The notes under the pieces: model-generated
What the model was told of the DNA's origin: nothing
Seen by the model: the letters and a program-made list of their open reading frames with translations, nothing else
The model's database searches: none
Position numbers and translations under genes: made by a program
Origin: Macrostomum lignano
Taxonomy: Eukaryota
Direction: 5' to 3'
Length of the DNA: 64,000 bases
NCBI GenBank assembly: GCA_002269645.1
Contig: NIVC01000917.1
Span: forward strand, 62,001 to 126,000
Shown here: piece by piece, positions 1-13,440 of the stretch
Layout: every line of letters starts with the position of its first letter
Numbering within the stretch: the first letter of the stretch is position 1

Positions 1-105
1 AGGAGTGAGGTGGGTGTATTAGATTGAGGAGTGAGGTGGGTGTATTAGATTGAGGAGTGAGGTGGGTGTATTAGATTGAGGAGTGGAGTGTGTGTATTCA
101 ATTGA
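1..105. repeat. 26-bp tandem repeat (GAGGAGTGAGGTGGGTGTATTAGATT), cut by the window edge
   Basis: About 3-4 copies visible at the window start. Confidence 0.85.
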
Positions 106-392
106 GGTATAGGATGGGTGTTGCTGCGAGGCATATTACCACTGTAAGTAATTAATGCAACAATACTAAATAAAATATTGATTTAGAAATAGAGATTTTG
201 TTAAAGTTGAATGCTCATACAGATATTATCAATATGAAAGCAAACAGTGCAATAAAATACATTGTAACCATAAAAAATAAAGTTATTGTCCATTCGAAGA
301 TAAACCTTTGTGCTTTTGTGCCATTTAGTAACAAATTGGTGTCAAACCTGGTCGTGCAACAGATTAAAACAAAAAAGATTCGTTAATTAGTA

Positions 393-398
393 TTTATT
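393..398 (-). promoter_or_regulatory. Polyadenylation signal of the Amt gene
   Basis: AATAAA on the minus strand about 22 nt after the inferred TGA at 420-422. Confidence 0.55.
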
Positions 399-419
399 AA
401 TGACTTTTAGTTGCTCAGC

Positions 420-3400
420 TCAGAACTGCATATCAATAGCGGCATTGTCGTGGCCAGTTCGAGTGCCCAGCTCGAAATTGTTGTCAATTTTCACTCTTCG
501 TCCCCCGCCGCCGTTGTTGCTGCCTTGGCCGCTATCAGCGGGTGGCGCACCTGATACGGGGCGAAATAGGCGACAGGCATTGAGCATGGCTAGAGGAGTC
601 AGGGCAGCTGACTCTCAATTTCGTGCGCAAGCACATTCATCTAGCTGGGCTTGTGTGTACAGAAAATTGATCGAGGGGCCGCTGTGTGAGCGTGTGTGTG
701 CTCCGGGCATGACCTTTGAAGTGCAGCTTCAGTTGAGAAGTGTCTCATATTATTATCTTATTTGCCTCGGCAATTTGACTCAATATCAGGCGAAAAACAC
801 AGCCAACTCACTTGAGTTGTCTCGCTGCCGGGCCAGCATGTAGGCTTCCATGCCCGAAGGCGAGAGGTCCGGCACGGCTGGAGTGTTTCAGAGTAACAGC
901 TTTTCTATTAGTTTTTCTTGAACTTCTCAAATATAAAACAAATATAACATTGTATCACTTGAGAGGAGTGACACAAGCACTAGGCTATTAGAAGCGGACA
1001 CTCTAGATAAGTGACACAAGCACTAGGCTATTGGAAGCGGACACTCCAGAGGAGTGACACAAGCACTAGGCTATTAGAAGCGGACACTCCAGAGGAGTGA
1101 CACAAGCACTAGGCTATTAGAAGCGGACACTCCAGAGGAGTGACGCAAGCACTAGGCTATTAGAAGCGGATACTCCAGAGGAGTAACACAAGCACTAGGC
1201 TATTAGAAGCGGACACTCTAAAGGAGTAACACAAGCACTAGGCTATTAGAAGCGGACACTCTAAAGGAGTAACACAAGCACTAGGCTATTAGAAGCGGAC
1301 ACTCCAGAGGAGTGACACAAGCACTAGGCTATTAGAAGCGGACACTCCAGAGGAGTAACACAAGCACTAGGCTATTAGAAGCGGACACTCTAAAGGAGTA
1401 ACACAAGCACTAGGCTATTAGAAGCGGACACTCTAAAGGAGTAACACAAGCACTAGGCTATTAGAAGCGGACACTCCAGAGGAGTGACACAAGCACTAGG
1501 CTATTAAAAGCAGACACTCCAGAGGAGTGACACAAGCACTAGGCTATTGGAAGCGGACACTCCAGAGGAGTGACACAAGCACTAGGCTATTAGAAGCGGA
1601 CACTCTAGAGGAGTGACACAAGCACTAGGCTATTAGAAGCGGACACTCCAGAGGAGTGACGCAAGCACTAGGCTATTAGAAGCGGACACGCTAGAGGAGT
1701 GACGCAAGCACTAGGCTATTAGAAGCGGACACTCTAGAGGAGTGACACAAGCACTAGGCTATTAGAAGCGGACACTCTAGAGGAGTGACACAAGCACTAG
1801 GCTATTAGAAGCGGACACTCCAGAGGAGTGACACAAGCACTAGGCTATTAGAAGCGGACACTCCAGAGGAGTGACACAAGCACTAGGCTATTAGAAGCGG
1901 ACACTCCAGAGGAGTGACACAAGCACTAGGCTATTAGAAGCGGACACTCCAGAGGAGTGACACCAGCTGCACAATGCACTCACTGTCTCCCCAGCCGTGC
2001 CCGTAGGCCACCAGCGGGTAGGCCGGCTCAGCGTGCTTCGGCACGTCCAGCCCTTTGATCTCCATCTCCTCGGACACGCGCAGCAGGCCGACAAGCCGGA
2101 GCCCGCCAAACAGCAGCAGGGCCAGGCCGCCGGACCAGGCCACCAGAGCCGCGGCACCGACCAGCTGCCAGATCAGATCCGTGCCAGTCTGCTTGCTCGG
2201 CGAGATGAACACCCCGGTGGCCGAGTGGAAGAACGGCACCAACAGCAGGCCGGCTAAGCCGCCGCCGAAGTGAACGCCGACAGCTTCTAGCGGGTCGTCG
2301 ATGCCGACGCTGATCACCAGCTGGGCGGAGGCCACGTAGAAGGCGGCGGCTATGGCGCCGGTGGCCACGGCGCCCCACGGGTGCATGGAGTTGCAGCCAG
2401 CGCATATGGCGACCATGCCTTGGCGAGACGGTGTGAGCAATGTTTGTGTCACCTGACCTATGATTGTGTCACCTGACCTATGATTGTGTCACCTGACCTA
2501 TGATTATGTCATCTGACCTATGCTTGTGCTACCTGACCTATGATTGTGTCACCTGACCTATGATTGTGTCACCTGACCTATGCTTGTGCTACCTGACCTA
2601 TGATTGTGTCACCTGACCTATGATTGTGTCACCTGACCTATGATTATGTCATCTGACCTATGCTTGTGCTACCTGACCTATGATTGTGTCACCTGACCTA
2701 TGATTGTGTCACCTGACCTATGATTGTGTCACCTGACCTATGATTATGTCATCTGACCTATGCTTGTGCTACCTGACCTATGATTGTGTCACCTGACCTA
2801 TGATTGTGTCACCTGACCTATGATTATGTCATCTGACCTATGCTTGTGCTACCTGACCTATGATTGTGTCACCTGACCTATGATTGTGTCACCTGACCTA
2901 TGATTGTGTCACCTGACCTATGATTGTGTCACCTGACCTATGATTGTGTCACCTGACCTATGATTGTGTCACCTGACCTATGATTATGTCACCTGACCTA
3001 TGATTGTGTCACCTGACCTATGATTGTGTCACCTGACCTATGCTTGTGTCACCTGGTCTATCATTGTGTCATCTGACCTATGATTGTGTCACCTGACCTA
3101 TGATTGTGTCACCTGACCTATGATTGTGTCACCTGACCTATGATTGTGTCACCTGACCTATGATTGTGTCACCTGACCTATGCTTGTGCTACCTGACCTA
3201 TGATTGTGTCACCTGACCTATGATTGTGTCACCTGACCTATGATTGTGTCACCTGATCTATTCTATGATTGTGTCACCTGACCTATGCTTGTGTCACCTG
3301 ACCTATGCTTGTGTCACCTGACCTATGCTTGTGCTACCTGACCTATGATTGTGTCACCTGACCTATGCTTGCTACCTGACCTATGATTGTGTCACCTGAC

Positions 3401-5657
3401 CAATGATTGTGTCACCTGACCTATGCTTGTGTCACCTGACCTATGATTGTGTCACCTGACCTATGCTTGTGCTACCTGACCTATGATTGTGTCACCTGAC
3501 CTATGATTGTGTCACCTGACCTATGATTATGTCACCTGACCTATGCTTGTGTCACCTGACCTATGATTGTGTCACCTGACCTATGATTGTGTCACCTGAC
3601 CTATGATTGTGTCACCTGAATCTCCCCGCGCATCTCCACGTGAGCTGGTGAATCTCTATGCATCTCAGAGCCGCCTCACCTGCCAGTCCCCCGTTGATGG
3701 TGGCCAGCAGGGACCAAGTGGTGGAGCGCAGCCGTCCCAGCAGCATGGTGGCGATAGCGCCGCTGCTGCCGCTCAGGCAGGTGTTCACCATGGCCAGAGC
3801 CACCACCTGGCCGTCGCCGCTAGCCGATATGGACGCCTGCGAGCCGCCGTTGAAGGCGAAGAAGCCGAAGTAGAGAATGAAGGCGCCGAGGGAGGCCAGC
3901 GGCACCGAGTGGCCGCGAATTTCGCTCGGGCGGCCGCCGGCTGCCGCGCGGAAGCGGCCGATCCGCGGCCCGAGGATGGCGGCGGCGACGAGAGCGGCAC
4001 TGCCGCCGACCATGTGCACCACCCCGGAGCCGGCGAAGTCCTGAACAGTGATTCGGCGGTGTGATGCTAAAATTCCCTAGAAACCTCTTCCCCAACGAAA
4101 ATCCCAAAATCCCCAGGTTCGCCTAATCTCTGCACCACAATCCAGATGGAGGTCCACCCACCTGGTAAGTGGAGTGAATGGTTGTCCCGTCGCCATACGT
4201 GATGTCGATGCCTTTGGCCAGCCAGCCTGTTGGAGTCCAAGCCCAGTGCGTCACCACGGGATAGATGAAGCCTGCAAATCGAGCGTGATCTGTCGTCTGT
4301 CAAACACATTAATTTATGGCTTGTGCACAAAACTTGTCGGGGTGCTATCATGCAATTCTTCGTCCCGACTGAAAGGTCGGGGGTTCGATTCTCAAACCAC
4401 TCGAAACAGTTTGTGTCCTTGAGCAAGACACTTAACTCTTCATTGCTTCAGTTCACCCAGCTGTAAAATAGGTGCCAGCATTAGCTGGGGTAACTGAGGG
4501 TGTGAGTGGCGACCCCCCAGTCCTTGGACTGAACAGCCGTACGCAGCCTTTAGATGCGCCGCACAATAGCTGCAGCTGAGCTGTCTCAGCTTCCTGGCTT
4601 CACTGTGAGCAGAATGACGCATCATTTGTCTACATAGGTTACTCCGGCTCCACTTAATGAGCTTAAGTTGTCAAGCCCTTTCATCCCATCATCCATGGCT
4701 CCAGACTCACCAGTGATGAAGGCCGTATAGGCAAGGTAAGCGGTGAACTCGCATCTCTCGGCCACCGCTCCGCTCACGATGGTGGCGGCTGTGGCGGCGA
4801 ACATGAACTGGAACAGCACGCGGGAGTAGCTGGTGGCAGGCAGCCGGCTCAGCGCCCAGTGACCGCCGCCGCAGAACAGATTGCCCGGCTCGCCGAATGC
4901 CAAAGCGTAGCCAATCAGATAGTAGGCAATGCCGCCTATGACTGTTATAATTTGCGATTGGGAGTGAAAATTTTATGTCATGAATTTATAGTTGTTATTA
5001 TCAGTTGCAAATACAATCAGGCCCTTATTTTCATTGCTATTTTTGAGGTTGCTCGTATTGTGGGCCGCTAAAAATTCAATTACCTGGTCTCCATCAGGGA
5101 CCAGAAGACGAGAGAGGGGAGAGAAGGAGAGAATAGGAGAGCGGGGAGAGAAGAGAGCTGAGAAGAGACACAAACCCTGAGCGGGCCGGATTGCTATTGT
5201 GAAGTTTCAAAGGACCCGAGGGTCGGGTAGAGAGGCTTGGATGGCCGCATGTGGCCCGCCGTCCAGCGTTTGCCGACCCCTGCTTTAAGTAGTTAACTTT
5301 TAGTCTCTGATCTTCGCCGTTACCTAATGATAGCCTGACAATAATCTTCTGTGTGGCACGCACTCAAACACGCGCTCACACAGGGTGTAAAGCAGCCCTA
5401 ACTTTCTAATCTGCATGAAAACGAAAGCATAAGAAAAACAAAGAGCTCTCACACGAATCCAAAATATTCTTAATCAGAATGTTGGTGGCATTCTTCGATC
5501 GGACAGCGCCAGCCTCCAGGAAGGCGAAGCCGCACTGCATGAAGTAGATCACAATGGCCATCGTGCACAGGAAAAAATCGTTCAACGACTGATCGGTCGC
5601 GTCCATGCGAGCGGCCAGGCCGGCCAAGGTCGTGTCCGAGGAGGCATTGTCCGACAT
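420..5657 (-). CDS. amt: Ammonium transporter (Amt/Mep family), 7 exons, 512 aa
   Basis: Exons 5657-5453, 4941-4711, 4271-4162, 4040-3680, 2418-1984, 877-812 and 550-420 are all GT-AG with matching phases and total 1539 nt (513 codons). Family motifs: [85 protein letters not shown] (both pore His present). The last two exons are supported only by splice signals, the open frame and the polyA signal. Confidence 0.93.
962..1961. repeat. 43-bp minisatellite in Amt intron 5
   Basis: Unit GAGGAGTGACACAAGCACTAGGCTATTAGAAGCGGACACTCCA, about 23 copies, starting about 20 nt after the GTGAGT donor at 1983. Confidence 0.95.
2444..3618. repeat. 20-bp minisatellite in Amt intron 4
   Basis: Unit TGATTGTGTCACCTGACCTA, about 58 copies. 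Confidence 0.95.
4340..4590 (+). mobile_element. tRNA-derived SINE family 1, copy in Amt intron 2
   Basis: B box GGTTCGATTC, central GTGTCCTTGAGCAAGACACTTAACTC...CCCAGCTGTAAAAT and the 3' hairpin region shared with six other copies; the 5' head is diverged. Confidence 0.85.
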
Positions 5658-7228
5658 TTTTTGGATGACAGGGTTGTAAGTTTTCTTAGGCTTAATAAAA
5701 TGTAAGGTGAAAGTTTTTCGGCTGTCACATTTATACAGCGCTACATCACTAATTTTGCTGTGAACTCACCCAATGCTCACTTGAACTGGATACTTCCTTG
5801 GAGGTCAACTTGAAAGCAGACTGGGGCTTGAGTTACAGCTGTACAGTTGCACACGGGGACTTTTGACGTGGGCGTGCGTGAAAACCGACACAAGCTTTGC
5901 GTGGGTGATACTCATAATTGTTGAAACAAGGCGTAACGGATTTTTATTGATTTCCTGGCTGTCAAGAGGAAACGCCCCTTTTTATGGACAAACGGACAAA
6001 AACACTGATGAGTCGAGTCAGTTATGTAATTAATTTCATCCATAAAATTAAAGCCAAGGAAACAACTGAGGGACATCAAGGTTATCATTTAAAAGATGAC
6101 CGATAATTCAGACACATCAACTTGTACCCATCGAAAAAACTACAATTATCGAAATTGGCTTTGTGACTCGGTATCTGTGCCAAAAAGCTTGCTGACTTAA
6201 GGTCAACTAATTTGATTACATTTTGAATATTAAAATATAAAATTCCTGGGTACATTGCACCTGTTCTTGCTAAATGACAAACCATTTTAGTGTATAGGAT
6301 TAAATTTCAGACTAAATTACATATTCACGGAAATCCACGTTTATTTAAATTCGGGTTTAGTTAAACTGCACAGCTATCGTCGACTAATTGTATAAACGCA
6401 TATTAAATGACAAAAGGAACAAGCAAACAAAAATTTACTTTTCAAGCTATTAATAGTAGTTTGAAAAAACTGTTTTAATTACAAGGTTATTTCTATTATC
6501 TAATCAGATATTATATTAAATATATTAACAAATATATAGATAAATTACCAACAAATATAACAAATGGTAAATTTATCCGTAAAATAATCCTGAATAAGTA
6601 CAACTTCTTACAACAGAAATATGCGCCAAAGAAAAAACTGAATATTCATCTACAACAAGACATTTTTACAGCACACGAGTGTAATAAATATATTGCATAG
6701 AAACCGGCCTCTAGTAAAATTCGCGTGTGTAAATACACTCGTATGTACAAGCGATTGATTATTTCAACAAAAATCGATACAACAATTTCCAACACATTAT
6801 CTTTGGTTTTCAGAATATTATTTTGGTATTGTTAATGTTATAAAAATTCTATTAAATTTCTATTTAAATTATATTTATATGTATCTATGTATATCTATGT
6901 ATATTATATTCTATTTAAATTTCTATAATAATTAATACGAGCTTACGATATTTATTTTTTGAATTTATGATATGTACGTAATCCAGGAAATTGTTTAAAT
7001 GAGATCGAACACGCCTTTAGGGGAAGGCTATTTGCATACTTAGTAGCTATGTAAACAAAAAGCTGCATTAGTATTTTTATGGGATTTATAAACTTCCAAT
7101 TAGAATATAAACATAATAATTGTGGAGTAATGAGATAACAGCTCCCCTAATGGCATGCTTTATTTTGTACAGATAATAGATTTGCAAAAATCAATCCCTT
7201 GAGAAAATTCAGTCTAACAGGTTTGGTT

Positions 7229-10200
7229 TCAAAACGACACCCGGCGACTTTTGGGCGACAAAACGACCTTATGGATCTCGTCAAGGTTTGCAGCGTCTTC
7301 GATCTGGCTCTTCTGCTTCTCTTCCTCCTCTTCCTCCTCAACGAGGCTTGGCCGGCTGTCTTCCCTCGCCGCGCTGCTGCCAGCCCGACTCGTTGCAGCG
7401 CCTGGTCGATTTTGTCCCGGAACTACAACCTGTCGAACGCCGACGCCGCCGACGCCAGAAGACCGTCGCCGCCGGCGCCGACGCTCCTCCTCCGCCGCGC
7501 ATCTGGCCAGAAACAGCTGACGGAACGTGTCGCGAAATTTAGTGGAGAAGCAGGAGTACAGAACGAAGTTGCAGGCCGCATTAACCAGCAGGAGCAGGTT
7601 CACCACGGCCGGGGCCACCAGGTCGAATGTTGACGAAGCCGACAGCGTGGTTGGCCTCGGCGTCTCGGCGTCGCTCTCGTTGTCGGGTGCGCTGTTGCAT
7701 TTCTTAGAATCGCGACGCTGATCGGCGACAGTTTTCAACAGTGTCAGCGCGGCCGACGGCAGCTGGCAGAGGCAGAAGACGATGACCACAGCAATGAGCA
7801 TCACCGTCACCTTCTGCTGCTCGGAGCCCGCGCCGCCAGGCCGATACCGACGCTGATTGGCTGTCGCCGCAGCTGCTGCAGCAATCGCTGCGGGCACCTG
7901 CAGCTGCGGCTGCGAATAGCGGATCCGGCGACTGCTGCCGCTTCGTCCGGCTGCCGCCGTCTCAACCGACGTTGTCATGGTAACGGCTGATGACTGTCGA
8001 CGACGCTGTTGTTGCGTGTGTGTGTTTGCAAGATTGCTGAGCCTCAATGCGGCCTCGTAAGCTTCTTACTAGGGCGGTACCTCCTCACAAACATAAGTAC
8101 TACCTCCACGCATGATGCCAAATATCCTTGTGCCACAGCAACCAGACTTGCTCTGATTGATTATTCCACTTGCCCGTCCCCTCCTCCATGCCACACTCCC
8201 CACACTTGCCGTCCCCTCCTCCATGCCACACTCCCCACACTTCCCATCCCCTCCTCCATGCCACACTCCCCACACTTCCCATCCCCTCCTCCATGCCACA
8301 CTCCCCACACTTCCCCATCCCCTCCTCCATGCCACACTCCCCACACTTGCCGTCCCCTCCTCCATGCCACACTCCCCACACTTGCCCGTCCCCTCCTCCA
8401 TGCCACACTCCCCACACTTCTCATCCCCTCCTCCATGCCACACTCCCCACACTTCCCATCCCCTCCTCCATGCCACACTCCCCACACTTCCCATCCCCTC
8501 CTTCATGCCACACTCCCCACACTTGCCCGTCCCCTCCTCCATGCCACACTCCCCACACTTCCCATCCCCTCCTTCATGCCACACTCCCCACACTTCCCAT
8601 CCCCTCCTCCATGCCACACTCCCCACACTTCCCCATCCCCTCCTCCATGCCACACTCCCCACACTTGCCGTCCCCTCCTCCATGCCACACTCCCCACACT
8701 TGCCCGTCCCCTCCTCCATGCCACACTCCCCGCACTTGCCGTCCCCTCCTCCATGCCACACTCCCCACACTTCCCCATTCCCTCCTCCATGCCACACTCC
8801 CCACACTTCCCCATCCCCTCCTCCATGCCACACTCCCCACACTTCCCCATCCCCTCCTCCATGCCACACTCCCCACACTTCCCCATTCCCTCCTCCATGC
8901 CACACTCCCCACACTTCCCCATCCCCTCCTCCATGCCACACTCCCCGCACTTGCCCGTCCCCTCCTCCATGCCACACTCCCCACACTTCCCCATCCCCTC
9001 CTCCATGCCACACTCCCCGCACTTCCCCATCCCCTCCTCCATGCCACACTCCCCGCACTTGCCCGTCCCCTCCTCCATGCCACACTCCCCACACTTCCCC
9101 ATCCCCTCCTCCATGCCACACTCCCCGCACTTCCCCATCCCCTCCTCCATGCCACACTCCCCGCACTTCCCCATCCCCTCCTCCATGCCACACTCCCCAC
9201 ACTTCCCCATCCCCTCCTCCATGCCACACTCCCCGCACTTCCCCATCCCCTCCTCCATGCCACACTCCCCACACTTCCCCATCCCCTCCTCCATGCCACA
9301 CTCCCCACACTTGCCCATCCCCTCCTCCATGCCACACTCCCCGCACTTCCCCATCCCCTCCTCCATGCCACACTCCCCGCACTTGCCCGTCCCCTCCTCC
9401 ATGCCACACTCCCCGCACTTCCCCATCCCCTCCTCCATGCCACACTCCCCGCACTTCCCCATCCCCTCCTCCATGCCACACTCCCCGCACTTCCCCATCC
9501 CCTCCTCCATGCCACACTCCCCGCACTTCCCCATCCCCTCCTCCATGCCACACTCCCCACACTTCCCCATCCCCTCCTCCATGCCACACTCCCCGCACTT
9601 CCCCATTCCCTCCTCCATGCCACACTCCCCACACTTTCCCATCCCCTCCTCCATGCCACACTCCCCGCACTTGCCCGTCCTCTCCTCCATGCCACACTCC
9701 CCGCACTTGCCCGTCCCCTCCTCCATGCCACACTCCCCGCACTTCCCCGTCCCCTCCTCCATGCCACACTCCCCACACTTATCCGCCCCCTTCTCCATGA
9801 GTTCTGCACAACCCACGTTACCCACCTGCTGCTGCTTCAGTTCAGTTGAAGTCGGCGACATCGGCAGAGTGGCCACCGCGCTGAGCCGAGCCTGCCGCTT
9901 CTTGGCCCGCAGGACGCTGCAGATGAGCAGCGAGTTGAACACGATGAGGAACAGCAGCGGACCGAAGATGAACACAGTCGGGGTGATGTGATAATAGCCG
10001 GCCTTGAGCAGCCGGCTGTAGGCTGCGGTCTTGCCAAGTGAATACTCAACAGTGCCGTTCACCAGCCGCTGGGTCACCTTGTACTCGAAGAAGTTCGGCA
10101 AAGTGAACAGCAGAGCGGCCAGGAAGATGATGGCGATGGTCTGCTTGGCCCTGCTAGGACTGCAGTGCCGCCTGCCCAGCATGGGGTTGTGCACCACCAC

Positions 10201-10593
10201 CCAGCGTTCGAAGGTGAAGAAACAGGTGAGCCAGGTGGCGAAATTGCTCAGCAGATTAGCCAGAGGGAACATCCCGGCCAGTAGGTAGGCGAACCAAGCC
10301 AATCGGCTCACTCCCGGATAGAATTTCACCGTGATCAGATAGAATAGGCACAGATATACTATATCTGTTACTGCTAACGCTGTCAAGTAGTAGTTAGTGG
10401 ACGAGGCCATCCATTTTCTTGTTAGAACGGCGATGTTAACAGCGTTGGCTGCCACGCCGAATAGAGACAGCACCGGGGTGACAGCGATGATGCTCAGTTG
10501 CATCGCCGACCTCACCGCCGCCTCCTCAGGGGATGCAGGGGCCGCGGGCGGCTCTCCGTCAGCTGCCTCGCTGATGTTGCCGCAGATGGACAT
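7229..10593 (-). CDS. Class A peptide GPCR, FMRFamide-receptor-like, 2 coding exons, 514 aa
   Basis: Exons 10593-9826 and 8005-7229 are joined in phase 0 (CAG|GTGGGT...AACAG|CGT), giving LKQQQ|RRRQSS. Motifs: TM1 FGVAANAVNIAVL, TM2 STNYYLTALAVTD, TM3 TFERWVVVHNP, TM4 LPNFFEY, TM6 MLIAVVIVFCLCQLP, TM7 NAACNFVLY. An acceptor-like CTCAG just upstream of the ATG suggests a further 5' exon. The ligand is unknown. Confidence 0.9.
8160..9780. repeat. 36-bp (35-bp variants) C-rich minisatellite in the GPCR intron
   Basis: Unit CACTTCCCCATCCCCTCCTCCATGCCACACTCCCCA, about 45 copies; source of the long repetitive ORFs on both strands. Confidence 0.95.
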
Positions 10594-10664
10594 CTCTCTG
10601 AGGGTGCAGATGAGTTTGGTGGATTTAGCAAGCTTTTAGGTTCTCTTCTACCTTCTGTATTTAT

Positions 10665-11385
10665 TGTATTCTATTCTACCCCCTGTGTTCCATTCTATTC
10701 TACCCCCTTGTGTTCCATTCTATTCTACCCTTGTTTTCCTTTCTATTCTACCTTTGTGTTCCATTCTATTCTACTCCCTGTGTTCCATTCTATTCTACCC
10801 TTGTGTTCCTTTCTATTCTACCCCCGTGTTCCATTCTATTCTACCCTTGTTTTCCTTTCTATTCTACCTTTGTGTTCCATTCTATTCTACTCCCTGTGTT
10901 CCATTCTATTCTACCCTTGTGTTCCTTTCTATTCTACCCCCCGTGTTCCATTCTATTCTACCCCCTGTGTTCCATTCTATTCTACCCCCTGTGTTCCATT
11001 CTATTCTAACCCCTGTGTTCCATTCTATTCTACCTTTGTGTTCCATTCTATTCTACCCCCTGTGTTCCATTCTATTCTACCCCCTGTGTTCCATTCTATT
11101 CTAACCCCTGTGTTCCATTCTATTCTACCTTTGCGTTCCTTTCTATTCTACCCTTGTGTTCCATTCTATTCTACTCTTGTTTTCCATTCTATTCTACCCC
11201 CTGTGTTCCATTCCATTCTACCCTGTGTTTCATTCTATTCTACCAGCTGTGTTTCATTCTATTCTACCCCTGTGTTCCACCCTATTCCTACCTATTTATG
11301 CCTTCTATGTTCCACTCTATTTTAGTCACCGTTCTCTATTCTACCCTACACTTCATTCTCTGTTTCGTTCTATTCTACCCTTAGT
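10665..11385. repeat. About 24-25-bp pyrimidine-rich minisatellite upstream of the GPCR ATG
   Basis: Unit approximately CCCTGTGTTCCATTCTATTCTACC. Confidence 0.92.
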
Positions 11386-11929
11386 GTTTCATTGCATGCA
11401 GCAAGTTCAGCCTAGGCTGGGTCGCCTATCGCTGCCACCTGCTTCCAGCTCTCAGCTGAGTCCACTCGAATTTCAAATTTCCTTTTGTAAATAATTGAAA
11501 CTGGAAATCTTGAAATCAATTGACAAACAATTCACGGCTCGAGATTTTCCAGCGCTTAAGAATAGTAAATCTGGAAATGCGTGCTCAAACACCCCCGTGC
11601 CTCAACGGTGTTTGCCGAATTCACGGTACTTGTAGGTGTGAAGATTTTGCGCGTAAAATACAAAGAAGTGAATCTCGCCGCCAAGCCAAAGGTTAGTCTC
11701 GAAAGGCTCCTCTTTATTCTGAGAAATTGAAAAACTGCACTTTACATTATATTAGCTTACATTTTTTGAATTGCTTTGTTCTAAAAAGTACCTATATATG
11801 CATCCCTGTGGACACCTGGAGTGGGTGGATCTAGATGTAATTAGTTCGTAGTTATGCAGAAAATCGATAAATGATTTGTTTGAACTAAAAACAGATAGAG
11901 AGACGGGCAGACAGACAGGCAAATAGACA

Positions 11930-13440
11930 GACACTAAGACAGACACTAAGACAGAAACTAAGACAGACACTAAGACAGACACTAAGACAGAAACTAAGAC
12001 AGACACTAAGACAGACACTAAGACAGAAACTAAGACAGATACTAAGACAGAAACTAGGAAGACACTGAGACAGACTGAGACAGACACTAAGACAGACACT
12101 AAGACAGACACTGAGACAGACACTAAGACAGAAACTGAGACAGACACTAAGACACACTGGGACAGACACTGAGACAGACACTAAGGCAGATACTAAGACA
12201 GACACTGAGACAGACATTAAGACAGACACTAAGACAGACACTGAGACAGACACTAAGACAGACACTGAAACAGACACTAAGACAGAAACTGAGACAGACA
12301 CTAAGACACACTGGGACAGACACTGAGACAGACACTAAGGCAGATACTAAGACAGACACTGAGACAGACATTAAGACAGACACTAAGACAGACACTGAGA
12401 CAGACACTAAGACAGACACTGAAACAGACACTAAGACAGAAACTGAGACAGACACTAAGACACACTAGGACAGACACTGAGACAGACACTGAGACAGACA
12501 CTAAGACAGAAACTAAGACAGACACTAAGACAGACACTAAGACAGATACTAAGACAGAAACTAGGAAGACACTGAGACAGACACTAAGACAGAAACTAAA
12601 ACAGACACTGAGACAGACACTAAGACAAACTAAGACAGACACTAAGACAGAAACTAAGACAGACACTGAGACAGACACTGAGACAGACACTGAGACAGAC
12701 ACTGAGACAGACACTAAGACACACTGGGACAGACACTGAGACAGACACTGAGACAGGCACTAAGACAGAAACTAAAACAGACACTGAGACAGACACTAAG
12801 ACAAACTAAGACAGACACTAAGACAGAAACTAAGACAGACACTGAGACAGACACTGAGACAGACACTGAGACAGACACTAAGACACACTGGGACAGACAC
12901 TGAGACAGACACTGAGACAGGTACTAAGACAGAAACTAAAACAGACACTGAGACAGACACTAAGACAAACTAAGACAGACACTAAGACAGAAACTGAGAC
13001 AGACACTGAGACAGACACTGAGACAGACACTAAGACACACTGGGACAGACACTAAGACAGACACTGAGACAGACACTAAGACAAACTAAGACAGAAACTA
13101 AGACAGACACTGGGACAGACACTAAGACAGACACTGAGACAGACACTGAGACAGACACTAAGACAGACACTAAGACAGACACTGAAACAGACACTAAGAC
13201 ACACTGGGACAGACACTAAGACAGAAACTAAGACAGACACTAAGACACACTGGGACAGACACTAAGACAGACACTGAGACAGACATTAAGACAGACACTA
13301 AGACAGACACTGAGACAGACACTAAGACAGACACTGAGACAGACACTAAGACAGAAACTAAGACAGACATTAAGACAGACACTGAGACAGACACTACGAT
13401 AGACACTAAGACAGACACTAAGGCAGATTATAAGAGAGAC
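11930..13440. repeat. 12-bp satellite AGACAGACACT(A/G)
   Basis: More than 100 imperfect copies; source of the SVSVLV and CLSV junk ORFs. Confidence 0.95.

Noticed and set aside
8009-9991. Long ORFs on both strands (PSSMPHSPHF, WGVWHGGGDG, LLHATLP)
   Set aside because: They are translations of a stop-free 36-bp intronic repeat.
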